NCBI GenBank assembly: GCA_043228905.1 | Contig: JBHGNT010000001.1 | Coordinates: 21,576,001 to 21,640,000, forward strand | Source of the DNA: Azolla caroliniana | Lineage: Eukaryota > Plantae > Polypodiophyta | DNA: 64,000 nucleotides | Direction: 5' to 3' | Part shown: positions 47,433 to 60,453 of the stretch, piece by piece | Position numbering within the stretch: position 1 is the first letter of the stretch | How the letters are laid out: every line of letters starts with the position of its first letter | The notes under the pieces: generated by a model | Databases searched by the model: none | What the model was told of the DNA's origin: nothing | The model's input: only the letters and a program-made list of their open reading frames with translations | Position numbers and translations under genes: made by a program

Positions 47433-48302
47433 ATGGCAAATACTCGTAAAACCGCCGCAAAGTTTGGGGGTATGATTGATAATGAGCCGAGATCACCAAC
47501 AAATCTCGATTCTAATGCAATGGACAAAATGCTTATGAGTCACTTGATTTCTCTTCAAGAAACCATAAACAAGCAAGGTGAAGAGATTAGGATGTTAATG
47601 AAAGAGAATACTAAGCTCCAAAGTGTTGTCATTGAGAATGAAAGTCTTAAACAAGTGGTTGCAAAACTTCAAGAAGAGATTCAAGAATGTAAAAGAGCTT
47701 CATTTGAAACAAATGAGCGCCTTAACAAGATTGAGTTAAAGGAAGCATTAAAAGACGAAAAATTGGATACGATGAGGCGGGATGTAAGTGAGATGAAAAA
47801 TGTATGTACAACGAAGTCATGGGCCGATGTATGTGGTGGGGATGTGTTATCAAACTCATCTAATATGCATGTGATGCATCAAGAGAAGAATATAGAAAGC
47901 ATAGATGTCCGAGAATTGAAAGAACGCGAACGACGATCAAAGAACATTGTCGTCCGTGGGATTAAAGAAGAGAGTATGGAAACACCCGCATCCCTTGGAA
48001 AGGCCATTGGTGAATTTTTTAGCATGCATTATGGGATGTCAGATGTGAATGTATATGGGGCACACCGAGTTGGGAAACATGGTGTTACTCGCTCCGGAGA
48101 AAGGCCTATTGTATGCACAATGACAGATGATACAAAGCGGCGGATCATACTCGAAAATAGTTGGGTATACCTCAAAGGTACACAATGCTCTGTGAGTGAA
48201 GATCGTACTATCTCACAACAAAATGCTCGTCGTAAAGCATATGAAGAAAGATTGAAAAACAAGGTTAAGGATGTGCCTAAAGATGGAAATGTAGGCAAAT
48301 AG
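47433..48302 (+). CDS. LINE ORF1p (coiled coil plus RRM-like domain)
   Basis: 289-aa intact ORF; heptad-rich N-half; NIVVRGIKE..AHRVGK..RPIVC..VSEDRT typical of LINE ORF1. Confidence 0.85.
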   Translation: MANTRKTAAKFGGMIDNEPRSPTNLDSNAMDKMLMSHLISLQETINKQGEEIRMLMKENTKLQSVVIENESLKQVVAKLQEEIQECKRASFETNERLNKIELKEALKDEKLDTMRRDVSEMKNVCTTKSWADVCGGDVLSNSSNMHVMHQEKNIESIDVRELKERERRSKNIVVRGIKEESMETPASLGKAIGEFFSMHYGMSDVNVYGAHRVGKHGVTRSGERPIVCTMTDDTKRRIILENSWVYLKGTQCSVSEDRTISQQNARRKAYEERLKNKVKDVPKDGNVGK

Positions 48303-48308
48303 GGACAC

Positions 48309-51300
48309 GTGATCTATGAGACTAACCCACGCCTTTTACGACTATGCTTTTGGAATTGCAATGGATACCCATGGAATGCGGGATTTGGCATAGAGGAGTT
48401 CACCAATGACTCGGATATCACACTTCTTGTTGAAACATGGGAGCATGATACTCAAAGGATTCAAGATTTAGGAAACTATAATGTACACTCTTTGATATGG
48501 AAGAAAAATCCAAGACAAAGAAGAGGACAAGGAGGGGTGGCATGTTTGATTAAGAAGGAAATAGAGAAATATGTGTCAATCATAAAAAATGATGAAAATA
48601 AATGCTACATATGGCTCAAAATAGAAACACCTAATGATTTGCCCACTTTTGTTGTTGGATGTTACATTCCTCATCAAGATTCTAACTTTTATGCTTGTTT
48701 GGATAAAGATCAACCGTTTGCCAATCTAGAAGATGATATTGCTTATTTCAAATCCAAAGGGGAAGTTATTGTCTTTGGTGACATGAATGCTCGTACAAGA
48801 AGTTTCCAACTTGATTCACAAGAATCTTTCATGCCACATATCTCAAGGATGCAAGAGGATATGCAAATGTATAACCGCTCTTCTAGCGATGAAAAAGATC
48901 CGGACCAATTTGGGAAGTTACTCCTACAAATGTGCAATAGTACCGGATTGCTTATTGCAAATGGTATTTCCTTATGGCCCAACACTAATGGTTTTACATG
49001 TAGAAAATACAACGGAAATAGTGTGATTGATTATGTGCTACTTTCCGAAGGTATTTTGGATCGTATACATAAATTCTCACTTGGTGAATGGACACCGGAA
49101 TCAGATCATAGGCCTTTATGTATTGATCTCAAATGTATGCATAGGTTTGATTGTGAGAAGGCTATTGAAGATAATAAACAACCGCTCTTGAGCATGAACC
49201 TTAAGCGAGCACCCATGTATTCCAAGATGGTTGAGGATATGTTACAAATGACAAAGATACAACATGGTGCCACACTAGAATGCAAATGGGAAGCTTTCAA
49301 GAAAGTCATTCTCTCATGTACAAACAAATGTTTTTCGACCAACCGCACATCTTGGAAATGCACCAAGAAACTTAGGAAAAAATGGTTTGATAAAGAATGT
49401 CGTGAAGCTCGAAAGTGCCTTATGGTTTTGGATGCAGTTAAGGATAAAGAGAATTACCAAAAGCATTTGCATGAGTATAAAAGGCTTATTCAAAGAAAGA
49501 GAAGAATATGGGAAGTTACTCAACAATTTATCCAAACGCAAGAGAAAGCACATGCATGTGCTAAATTTTGGGGAAATCTAAAGGGAAAACGTGTTGAGAG
49601 TTATGGTGACTTAACTCTTCACGACTTGTCTATGCATTGTAAGAATTTATATGAGTTATCTCTTGCCGGAAAGATGATGTGTTATGGTTCTCTTTCACAT
49701 ATGCCTTCCTTCTTTACAATTGAAGATATATGCATAGGACTTAAGAAATTGGCCTCTCGAAAGGCAAGCGATCTTCAATGTATAAAGGCTTAAATGCTCA
49801 AATGGACGGGAAAGGAAGCACATATATGGATAAGCGATATGTTTAATGATGCATTGCAACATGGTATGCCGTACGATTGGACTACAAATTGGATCAAACC
49901 TTTACATAAAGGTGGAGATATAAATAATGTAAACAACTATCGAACCATCATGGTTGGCTCATTAATGGCAAAACTATTTGGATGTATAATGGAATCAAAG
50001 ATAAGTGTATGGGCTGAAAAAAGTGGTAAGAGAGCTTATGGACAAGCTGGCTTTCGGAAACACCATAGCACCATTGATCACCTTATCACCCTTCGAGTAT
50101 TAATGGAGGAAAGTCGCCTTAGAGGTAAAGGTTTATATTGTTGCTTTGTAGACTTCAAGAAAACTTTTGATATGGTACCTCGTGAGCATCTTTGGAGGCG
50201 AATGGAAGAACTTGAGGTGCCAAGTGAATATATGCTTGCAATTTCCCGAATTTATGAGAAGGTTATATGTTGTGTGCGCATGAAAGATAAACTTTCAGAT
50301 TTTTTCAAAAGCACTATTGGTGTTAAGCAAGGATGCCCACTCTCACCAACACTATTTGGTCTATGCATTGATGAATTGGAAGAAATGGTTACCAAGTTTG
50401 CAAAGGAAGAATGTGTTGAAGAAGTTGCCATTGGGAATGTTGTGATTATGCTTTTGCTATATGCAGATGACGTAGTGCTTTTTGCAAATACTTTAGGAGA
50501 TGCACAAAAGCTTATGAAGGCATTGGAAAAATTTTGCATGCATACTAAATTAAGTGTCAATAGCTCTAAAACAAAGATTATGCTTGTGAAGAGCCAAAAA
50601 AGAGATAAACCATGCATTATGTACAACAATGAGCCACTTGAATGTGTGGAAAGCTTCAAATATCTTGGCCTTGAAGTTCCTTCAAATCATAGATGGAATG
50701 AATGTGCTACACGCCGCTTAGAGGCGGGCAAACGAGCATACTATGCATTTGAGAACACATGCAATCTTGGAGATATTAAGTGTTGGGTCCTCAAGAAATA
50801 TCTTTTTGACACTTTGGTGACACCAGTTCTTCTCTATGGGGTGGAAGTATGGGGTGGTAGCATCCCTAAGTCTATGTGGAAAGAGTTTGAAAATGTCCAA
50901 AAGCATTTTCTTACCAAGTTTCTACAAGTTAAGAAACAAACGCCCTACACCCTCCTCCTCCTTGAGACGGGATCGCTTCCCATTGAGATCATGGCCATGG
51001 AAAGGGTTGTTGAATACATGCTTAAGGTTCAAAAAAGTCCCTCACATCGACTTCCTAGAATTGCGTGGGAAGCAAGCAAAAATATCCAAAAGACGCATAA
51101 AAGCAAAATTTTGTGTTCCGGTTGGATGCAAGATATAGAAAAATGGTTTGGTAGATGGGATGCGAGACACTTGCTTCATGATGCATCATTAGATTCCTCT
51201 GTAAATGAGGCATTTTTGCAACGCCAATGTATCATGACATGGGACAAATGTGGAGGCTCACGCTTCACACATTATACTACACATGTTGCACCTAACTACA

Positions 51301-51683
51301 AAACCATATTCTTTGCGGAACGGGGAAATCGTACACATCCATACATGTTAGAGCCCATACCGTTATCTGCCATTCGAACCATTGCTTCCATGCGACTTAG
51401 CTCACATGCATTGCAATGTGAAACAGGGCGTTGGGGTACAAGTGATGAGAGTGGTCGGCTATGCACACTTTGCCCTAAACAAGTTCGCGAGTCTGAGTAT
51501 CACACTTTGATACAATGCTCTGCCTTTGATCATATTCGACCATGCTTTCCACATCTCTTCGATCGAGCCCAATCTTTGCATGAATTCCTCTCACAACCAC
51601 AATGTGCACTCTCGATTGCAACATTCATTGGTAAAGTTCTTGAACATCGAGAGTCACTACTCACTTTCACACGTATCACGTGA
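48309..51683 (+). pseudogene. LINE ORF2p: AP endonuclease, RT, C-terminal CCHC; single in-frame TAA at 49791-49793
   Basis: FWNCNG, LVETW, FGDMNAR, IDYVL, SDH; QAGFR, FVDFKKTFD, GVKQGCPLSP, YADD, FKYLG; RLSSHALQCETGRW..CTLC..EYHTLIQC. Confidence 0.93.
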
Positions 51684-52192
51684 AATGTAATATTTTTGGT
51701 CTCATAGGTCATATTTGATCTCCGAAGACGATAATATAATCTATCTATCTATCTATCTATCTATCTCTCTCTCTCTCTCTCTCTTGCTTTTGTTTTACTT
51801 GATCAAGTTTTGACCATTTTGAGGTATCATATTTGACTTGTGGAATTTTGAACTTCCTCTTCTTTTAAGAATGTCATCTCGCCTCGGAAACCCTTGATCA
51901 TAAGCCATCTCTTATCAATATTGTGTTAGTCCATCAAAGACTCTTAATTTTCACGCTCCCATCTCAACCAAACTCTCATCTTCACTTAAAGATCACTTGT
52001 TTAGTCATATATCCTCCTCCTCCCCATTCATTTATTTATTATGATCATATTATCCTTGCAAGCATCGCACAATGTTCCAAGTCTTCTCCTTGTTGCAAAG
52101 GCTACATTAGCCAAAACGATAACTTTAAGGACACTAATTGGAGTTATCCACCTCAACGTGGGATTATAATGCAACAAGACTACAATAATAGT

Positions 52193-52234
<42 letters not shown>

Positions 52235-53116
52235 GTCCATTGAACAAGATGCCAACAATGGCAACAAAGGTTAAGCATTATATTTACCATTGTTACAATG
52301 ATAAATAGAATAGCACAAGAGTTGTCCTCCAAGTCCTAGATTAACTCTTTTTATATTCATTGTGTACTAATCACATGTACAAGCTCATTTGTAGGTCAAT
52401 GTTATGAGTCTTGGCTAATGTATGCCAACCTTTAGAATGCCTCCTTGAGAACGTATACCTGCAACGACAATGACCACCAAAATCATCTACTAATCTACTA
52501 GAGGGATCTCCCTCCCTACAATATGATCGAGAGGGTGTTGTTAGGGACCTCCCGAGCAATGCCTCTATGACTTGTGCCGCAATGCACACAACTTGCACTT
52601 CATTGGACCACTGCCATGTATGTGTAGACTTAACTTGAGTTAGATGCTACTTTGTCTTGCATGCTCAAGATCTAGGTACTAGTTCATCATGAAGGGTTAA
52701 TATAACAACCTTGCTCAATTAATGGCATTCATCACATACACATTGATCATAAACAATATTTATCCCTTGTATTAATTAATCACTTAAGACATAATGTGTT
52801 AACAAGATTGAGATGCACAAAACAGAATCAAATGTTTGGCCAAGGCTCCAACCACCACGAAAGTGAATGGATATTTTGAACTCTCGACAAAGTTTCTAGT
52901 GCTCCTAACATTAATGAAGCATTCTCTTTATAGATATATCGTAGGGCTACTTAGATATATTGTAAGGCTACTTGTGAAATTGTCCCTCTTTATAAACTTA
53001 CTTAAATAGGAAATTGCTAAGTTTGAACTTTGCCCTATAAACTCAAAAACAAAAAAATAAAACACCAATGACAAATAAGCGCAAGGGGAGACCAGATGAT
53101 TGGCACATCGAGAAGT

Positions 53117-53134
53117 ACATACATACATTATACA

Positions 53135-53164
<30 letters not shown>
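53117..53164. repeat. (TACA)n microsatellite
   Basis: Direct reading; could be the tail of the minus-strand LINE 2. Confidence 0.8.
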
Positions 53165-53166
<2 letters not shown>

Positions 53167-54998
53167 GGGAGAAAGAAAGAAAGAAAGATATATTAACGTC
53201 TTCTAAGACCAAAATTGGCCCATGAGACAATTGGTTTACAACAAAAATGGGGTATTTACCCATTCATCGAAAGTAAAAATAAAAAATAAAATAAAATAAA
53301 ATAGAACTTAAGCTAAAGAGTTCTAGTAAAAAACATGTTCTATAAGGAAATGGCTTTATACTAGGCCGAGTTTCATTTCCATCCAAGTCTCTCGAAAAGA
53401 AGAGGGAGGTCAAAGGGTTTTGATGTGGATGTGGCCCGTGGTCCCAATGTAAAAGGTACCCCAACCATAGCCTCTAGGCGGCGTAGCTCACGTTCCCTTA
53501 TCTTCTTAATCGTTTCTACTCCACGTTGAGGAACTTTGAAGCCCAACATCCGAGGGCGCTTGGTTGTTCTTTGCATTTCTACTTCATCAAGAGAGAGGCC
53601 GGGTGGTGTATGTGTGTCCACGTTCATCATCTCCCCTTGTTCCTGAAAAATTACATTAGTTACATGTTGGTGAATACTAAAAGGGTTATAGTTAACACTT
53701 TGTAATTTATTCTCCCTATGTTGTTTTAGCTCTATGATATACCTACCTTGTCTCTTTATATCCGGGGTATCTAATAGTTTGGAGAGGGTGGGAGAGGGCC
53801 CTTATCTCGGTATAAGTTGGACACTTGCATAGAAAGTGATACTCATCATCCTCTATCTCTATGTGACTAACCTACATAGCCTTTCCTCTCTAGGAACTCT
53901 ATTAGCACGACCGTTCTCAATCTCAACTTGGTGAGATGATATCCTAAGTTGTCCAATGGGCACCCTTGGTGCATTTGATAAGAAAGTATCTAGATATTTT
54001 GATCGTGTAATAAAACCTAACTTAGAGAAGTGCAAGAAGTGTTCCTTATAGTACAACATTTTAGATGGGAGTGGCTCTCGTGGGGTGATCCATTTAAATC
54101 GGGTGTAAATTTGCCATATTTCTTGGTGTATTACTTTATTACGGTCTTCATGAGAGATTAAAGTTTGATCAGTCCCATGGTTGTACTTAAGGGGAGGTAG
54201 GTTATTAATGTCTATACCATTTGCAAGTAAACAACTCACTATAGTGTTATACCAAGAGCTAGTGTCTCCGGACACATATAGGAATCGAGATGTCTCAAAA
54301 GCTCGACGGAATATCCTATCTTGTGGTTGGCTATGTATCCGATGAATAAAATCTACCACTTGGAAAAGGGCATCTACTAACATCGGGGTCCAACTGAACT
54401 CTACTCTAATAATGTCATGTGGTACTATCGATTTGCTTCGAAGTTGTCATGATAACATTGTCACCAAAGATCTCTCTAATTGCATCCACATGAAAGATGG
54501 TAGACCTAGAGCCCATACTACTAATGCATACATGAGGGAAGGGGTCACTAATGAGTCGAAGAGCCATCCCTTAGTCTGTGTCTCTTGAAAGTATGTTTGG
54601 TGGCATTGTCTCTCTAAGACTGAGACGGATGCATACCATCTCGTTAGCCTATCTTTGGTTGCCCGAGTCATCGAGAATTTACTTGAACGAGCACTAAAAG
54701 TGACTCCCAGATATACATATGATCCAACTACCTCAACTGGGTTACGAGAGAGGAGTTGGTGACATTTACTCCTCATGTCACGAATGAAGAATTGGAGATA
54801 AAGAGATGGGGAAGTTGATGAGATAGCAAGATTGAGAAGTTGATGACAATGAGTAAAAATATATATTCCATGACTGGTGTTGATCTCCTTGATGTTAACA
54901 AGGGAGATCAACCCTTTTTATACATGTAGTGATGCATGATAAGTATGCTCATGCCAAGTCTTACATATTATAATATCAAGCATACTAATTCTTGCATG

Positions 54999-55084
54999 CC
55001 AAGTCTTACATACTGAGTCTTACATACTGAGTCTTACATATTGGGTCTTACATATTGGGTCTTGCATATTGAGTCTTACATACC
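54999..55084. repeat. 14-bp tandem repeat (gagtcttacatact) in the LTR: 6 units here, 4 units at 60679-60736
   Basis: Direct comparison of the two LTRs. Confidence 0.85.
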
Positions 55085-55203
55085 ACTCTTTACACAAAGG
55101 TTTGAAGTCTAAAGTTTGTTTAGGAGAAATATATATATACAAGGGCCTAAGGTTCACATTCGAGTTGATGTTCATGACATTATCCTCCCCTTAAGTGCCG
55201 ACT

Positions 55204-58200
55204 TCAAGAAGGTGCGGGTTTGTAAGGATATCGGAGATGAAAATCATGAACCACTTCCGGGGCATTTAGTAAATTTCTAGCGGGCTCCCATGTAGCCTTA
55301 GAGATGGGATATCCTTTCCATAATACAAGATACTGGAGCTTTCGTCGGCTCTTCCGCGAGTCCAAAATGGTCTCGACTTCATACTCATCCCCGGTCGCCA
55401 AAGCCACAGGGGGAGGTGGCTTGATGCTTCTTCCTAGAATTGAGGATGGATGATAGAGCTCAAGAAGTGATGCATGGAAGACATTGTGAATTTGGTAGTG
55501 TGATGGAAGAGCAAGACAGAAAGCCACAGAGTTGATTTTATCAATGATGCGAAATGGACCCAACTTTTTGTAATCAAGTTTGTTGCATGGGCGAGTTGTC
55601 GGAATATGCCGACGTAATAGCCAGACCATGTCACCGACTTTAAAACCAGGCGCAGCCTGTCGAGCAATGGAGAATTCTAGGGATAGGTCACGATGCACTT
55701 CTTTCATCAGACGAGCTCGTTCTTCAGCAGATGGATTCACAGAACCAACAGGGATAGCTATGCTAAAGCGTGGGTGGAACCCATAATTTGCGAAGAAGGG
55801 TGTTACGCTAGTTGATGTGTGGAGAGTATTGTTGTAGGCGAACTCAGCCAATGGAAGAAATTTGATCCAATCATCTTGTTGATAACTTATCATACATCGG
55901 AGATATTGCTCTAGGATCTAATTTACTCGTTCCATTTGGCCGTCTGTCTCAGATGGAAGGTTGTCGAAAATTTTGTGGAAGTTCCATGAGTCTGGAAGAG
56001 GCGCTTCCAGAAATGAGACATAAATTGGGAACCACGATCAATAATGTCATCCGGTAAACCATGAAGGCACACAATATTTGTTAACAATAGATCTGTTGTT
56101 TCCATCCCTGAATTTGCTTTAGAACATGGAATAAAATGTGCCATCTTTGTGAATCAATCCACCACCAATATTGAATTGAATCCCTCAATGTCGGGAAGGT
56201 CAGTGATAAAATCCGTCGAGATGGAAGCCCATGGCCTTCTTGGAATTGGCAATGGTTGAAGTAGACCATAGGGACGATGATGTACTGCTTTGGCACGGGC
56301 ACATGTATCACATGTTTTCACAAATTTTTTAACAAGTTTCCAAGGTTGCGGCCACCAATAACTTCTAGAGATTAACTCCAAAGTTTTTGCAACGCCAAAA
56401 TGTCTAGCAGCTAGGGTGTCGTCATGGCATTCCTTCATGATACGGATACGACAAGGACCATCTAGGACATACATTAAGTTGTTCCAAAAAAGAAAACCAT
56501 ATCGAAACATAAATTGGTCTTGACTATTCTGTACCTCCTTTATGGTTGATTTGTTGACTCGATTCTCCTTAATTTCTTTTGCAAATTTGTCGGTGGTAGT
56601 ATCTATGGCTATTGCGTTGAGTAATGATTCATCCGCACCCATATAAGCTGCAAAGAGTTGGATCTGATGTAGATGTAGGAGACAACGTGATTGTTGATTG
56701 TAGGTCTCATCTCCTGGTCGGATTTTGAATTCCGAATGCCGAGATAGGGCATTGGCTTTACCATGTTGGGCACTGGGACAAAAAACAATTTCAAAGTTGT
56801 AGTCTGCTAGGAAGGTCGACCATCGCACTTGCCTCCAGTTCAAAATGCGAGTAGTGGTGAAGTAGATGAGGTTCCAATTATTGGTCACCACCTGGACACA
56901 GTGTTGGGCGCCTGCTAAGTAAGGACGCCATTCTTCAAAGGTTGCAATAATGGCAGAGAGTTCTTTGTCATAAACTGGGTAGTTGATCTCGGGAGGTGTG
57001 AACTTCCAAGAATAAAAGGGAACAAGATGAAGAATCCCATTGTTATCTGATTGAGAGAGAATGGCACCCATGGCGAAGTCAGAGGCATCAGTTTCGATCG
57101 TAAATGGTTTGGTCAGATCTGGGTGTAGAAGTACCGAAGCCGAGGTAAAAGCTTTCTTTAGTGTCTTGAATGCTAGTTGGGTTGTAGGAGTCCAACAAAA
57201 AAGGGAATCCTTCTGAGTGAGTGCTATAAGTGGTTGCGCCAATGTAGAGAATCCTTGAATGAATCGACGATAGAAGTTGGCAAAACCCAAAAATGATTGC
57301 ACATCCTTGACCCTGGTGGGGACTTCCCACTCTTGAACCATTTCTACTTTCTTCTCGTCCATAGTGAGACCATCAGATAAAATGACATACCCGAGGAATT
57401 CAACTGAGGTTCGATCAAACTCACACTACTCGGGTTTCACATAAAGTCCATGTTCCCGAAGTTTGGACAAGATGAGTCGAACGTGCTTGGTGTGCTCTAT
57501 GTAGTCCTGTGAGAAGATAAGTATGTCGTCAAGATAGATGACCACAAATTGGTCTAGATATTCTTAGAAGATGTCATTCATCATATGCTGGAAAACGGCA
57601 GGAGCATTTGTAAGACAATATGGCATTACCATGTATTCAAAATGCCCATACCTGGTTTGAAATGTCGTTTTCCACTCATCTCCAAGCTTGATACGCACCA
57701 AGTTGTAGGCGCCTCTAAGATTGATTTTGGAGAATATATGCCCAGCCCGAAGTTGGTCGAAGAGTTCGGGGATTAGAGGTAGTGGATAGTGGTTTCGAAC
57801 CGTGACTCGATTGAGCCCGCGATAGTCAATACATAGGTGTAACGTTCCATCTTTCTTTTTGACAAATAGAATAGGAGAGCTAGCTGGAGATTTTGAGCGG
57901 CGAATGAATCCCTTTGCGAGATTCTCTTCAATGTATATTTTGAGGGTCTTCAGTTCAGGTTCAAATAACCCATAGGTAGGGCCAAATGGAGGACAAGCAC
58001 CATCTTTCAAGTCAATTGGACAATCGTATGGGCGATGTTCAAGCAGGAGATCAACATTTTTCTTCTCAAATACATCATAGAAATCATTGTATTTTGATGG
58101 AAAAGAGCTAGTACATAGAGTAGTATCTGAAGTGGACATGACCTCCATGTCCTTAGAATTAGAAATGGATGCAATCAGCACTATATCGCTTACCCGAGCA

Positions 58201-58613
58201 AGAGTTGGAACTGTTTCCAACGCCGACATGGAACTAACTATCGATGTTGTTTCTATTGGAGCAACCGTTCACATGGTTCTCGCTGAAGAGGAAATGGGAG
58301 CGATCGATAACCTAGTCCTTACCGGAGTAGAAACATGAGTGGGAGCGATCGTTGACGTGGTCCTCGCTGGCGCAGAAACGGAAATCGGAGCAACCATTGA
58401 TGTGGCTCTTACTAGAGCAGAAATGGGAGTTGTCCCCGAAACATGAGTGGGAGCAACCGTTGAGACGGTGCTGTGAAAATCCGTCAATATGTGCAGATCA
58501 TGAGGCGGAACCACTAGGATCTTGGACCGGAAGGATTCAAAGTTTGTACTAGTTGTAGCGAGAAAGTATTTAAGATAGATTGAGAGAGATTGATATGGCG
58601 AGAGAAAGATTGA

Positions 58614-58652
<39 letters not shown>

Positions 58653-59463
58653 AGATTGAACCCTTGACTTTAGATTTGAGAAACAAGATTAATAAATCAC
58701 CAAATGGGATAACGAATTTTCTTTTTATTAATTTCTTGATTAATACATAGCCCCCAATTTCTTCATTAGTCCCCTCTTGCTTGATTCCTCCATTCTTTTA
58801 TAGATGCCCCCATGCATATGATGCATGTGAGGGTGCAAGACATGCACGTAATGCATGAAATGCATGCGATACATGTTTGCCATGTCACTCATCCAAGCTC
58901 TCAAGTATGAGATTTTACATATGAAAACTACAATGATAAATGTATAACTCTAAAGTTGTGACTTAGCTTAGTGGTAAGTCATTTGGATCTTATCTAGGAG
59001 GTGCAAGGTTCAAATTCTTACTTACACCCCTGTAAACAAAAAAAATTACAAGGCCTTAGTCTTGTATTTTCAAATGTTTAACTTCATATTACACCTTCAG
59101 TTGACCTCCAATGAACTGTTAAGACAATTTTGTTCATTTTACACCAAAAAATCTTCAAGACGTCGTGTGTCACGATCAACCTATTCAACCGACCTGGCTG
59201 ATCCATTTGTCCAGTTCGGTTATTTTGTTGCTTGGAATGTTGTGTTTCCGTGCAAACATGATGTCAATAAAGCATGACGTAGCCCCAGAATCCAACAAAG
59301 CTTTTGTCTTTAGAGTGGTAGAGCTAAACTGAAGAGTGATCGGAAATGTGAAGCTTGTTGTTGAGGAAGTCGGTTGATTGGGCCTTTGACATAATTGTCG
59401 ACTCTTGAGGTCCAGATGCACAACCCCTACTGCAATTGGACATTGGAGTTTTCCTATTAACAA
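55204..59463 (-). pseudogene. pol: chromovirus 2 pol (PR partly deleted, RT, RH, INT, chromodomain)
   Basis: ALLDSGA ~59290; RT 57564-58229 plus YLDD ~57530; ETDASD; RHFG..CDTC; EYEVETILD..YLVLWKGY..TWEP. Confidence 0.92.
58469..59215 (-). repeat. Truncated Phygy-like LTR inside chromovirus 2, with tRNA-like module at 58957-59027; right boundary approximate
   Basis: Co-linear with 13528-~14200; the outer part and the adjacent protease C-half are missing; no TSD. Confidence 0.85.
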
Positions 59464-60404
59464 AAAATATCAACCCCATCCACACGATGTGGTGTTTGAC
59501 GGGGTCCCTTTTTTGGGCAAGAGCGGATCAAATGGTCAGGGCCACCACAATAGAGACATAAATTGTTGACTCGTCGATGTTGTTGTTGCGCGTTAGTCAA
59601 TGGTCGATAGCGAATTCGATCAATCTCCATTGGTGAGCTAGAATCTGTGGCGGGAGTTGAAGATGAAGTGGAGGATGACATGGGAGGTGGGGTCGTCAAC
59701 CATGGTAGGTGACTTTGCATAGCGGTTGGCCAAGGTGGATGGATCCGGTGAGGACGTTCCTCTTGCCGGAACTCAAAGAGACGGTTATCACAACGCACAG
59801 CTTGGGAAACAGCCTCATTCAAAGATATGGGCTCAGGAAAGTTAAGTAAAAGATTTTTTATCTCACCTCATAATCCTCAACGGAATTGATCGAGGAGGGC
59901 TTGTCCGTCCCACTCGACATCGCACGCGAGCTGACAATATTCGGATGCATAGATTGATGCCTCACGATATCTTGTTGTAATGCATATAGTTTGTTGAGTG
60001 CGGCTCGTCGTTTGTTGATCCCCCCAAAAGTTGCCTCAAATTCGGTAAGAAATGCTTGGAAGTCATTCAAGAGAGGCGAAGAGGTCTCCACTAGAGGGGC
60101 AAACCAAGCTTGTGCTTGTCCTGTCAGCAACGTGCCGTCAAAAGTCATCAGAATAGCATCGGGGCTGAAGACGAATAATAAGGCGGATTTGGTTGATGAA
60201 ACCTCTTAGTCATGACCTTGTTCCATCAAATTTTTCTGGCAACCTAACATCGGGTTCTACAACATAAGGGTCAACAATCGGGTGAGATATAACCGTTGTG
60301 GCTGCCATAAGTTCTTGAACAAAGTTTCGCAAGTTCGCATTCTCATGTTGGAGTTGTTGCACGACCGCCAAAATTTGCACAAGATTACTAGATGATTTTG
60401 ACAT
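59457..60404 (-). pseudogene. gag: chromovirus 2 gag (fragmented)
   Basis: LPEKFDGTRS, AQAWFAPL, AVRCDNRLFE, PMEID, CLYCGGPDHLIRSC. Confidence 0.9.
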
Positions 60405-60442
60405 GACAGTGTATTGAGAAAGAAGAAAAGAAAGAAAGAAGG

Positions 60443-60453
60443 AAGGAGATCAA
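60443..60453 (-). promoter_or_regulatory. Non-tRNA (self-priming) PBS of chromovirus 2
   Basis: Minus strand TTGATCTCCTT, 2 nt after the LTR; complement of AAGGAGATCAA (60570-60560), 32 nt after TATAAAAA. Confidence 0.8.

Larger units (their letters stand above)
47191..51764 (+). mobile_element. Near-intact LINE 1 (APE-RT, RTE-X-like) with (CTAT)6 tail, inserted in a (CT)n tract
   Basis: 5' UTR, ORF1, ORF2, ~57-nt 3' UTR, (CTAT)6 at 51741-51764, then (CT)10 at 51765-51784. Confidence 0.92.

Noticed and set aside
49791-49796. TAA-ATG splitting LINE ORF2 into separate endonuclease and RT genes
   Set aside because: Falls in the conserved pre-RT AEMLK-type motif; simplest explanation is a GAA to TAA point mutation.
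51785-53640. Short ORFs between the two LINEs as a host gene
   Set aside because: Microsatellite-driven or motif-less frames; no supportable exon structure.
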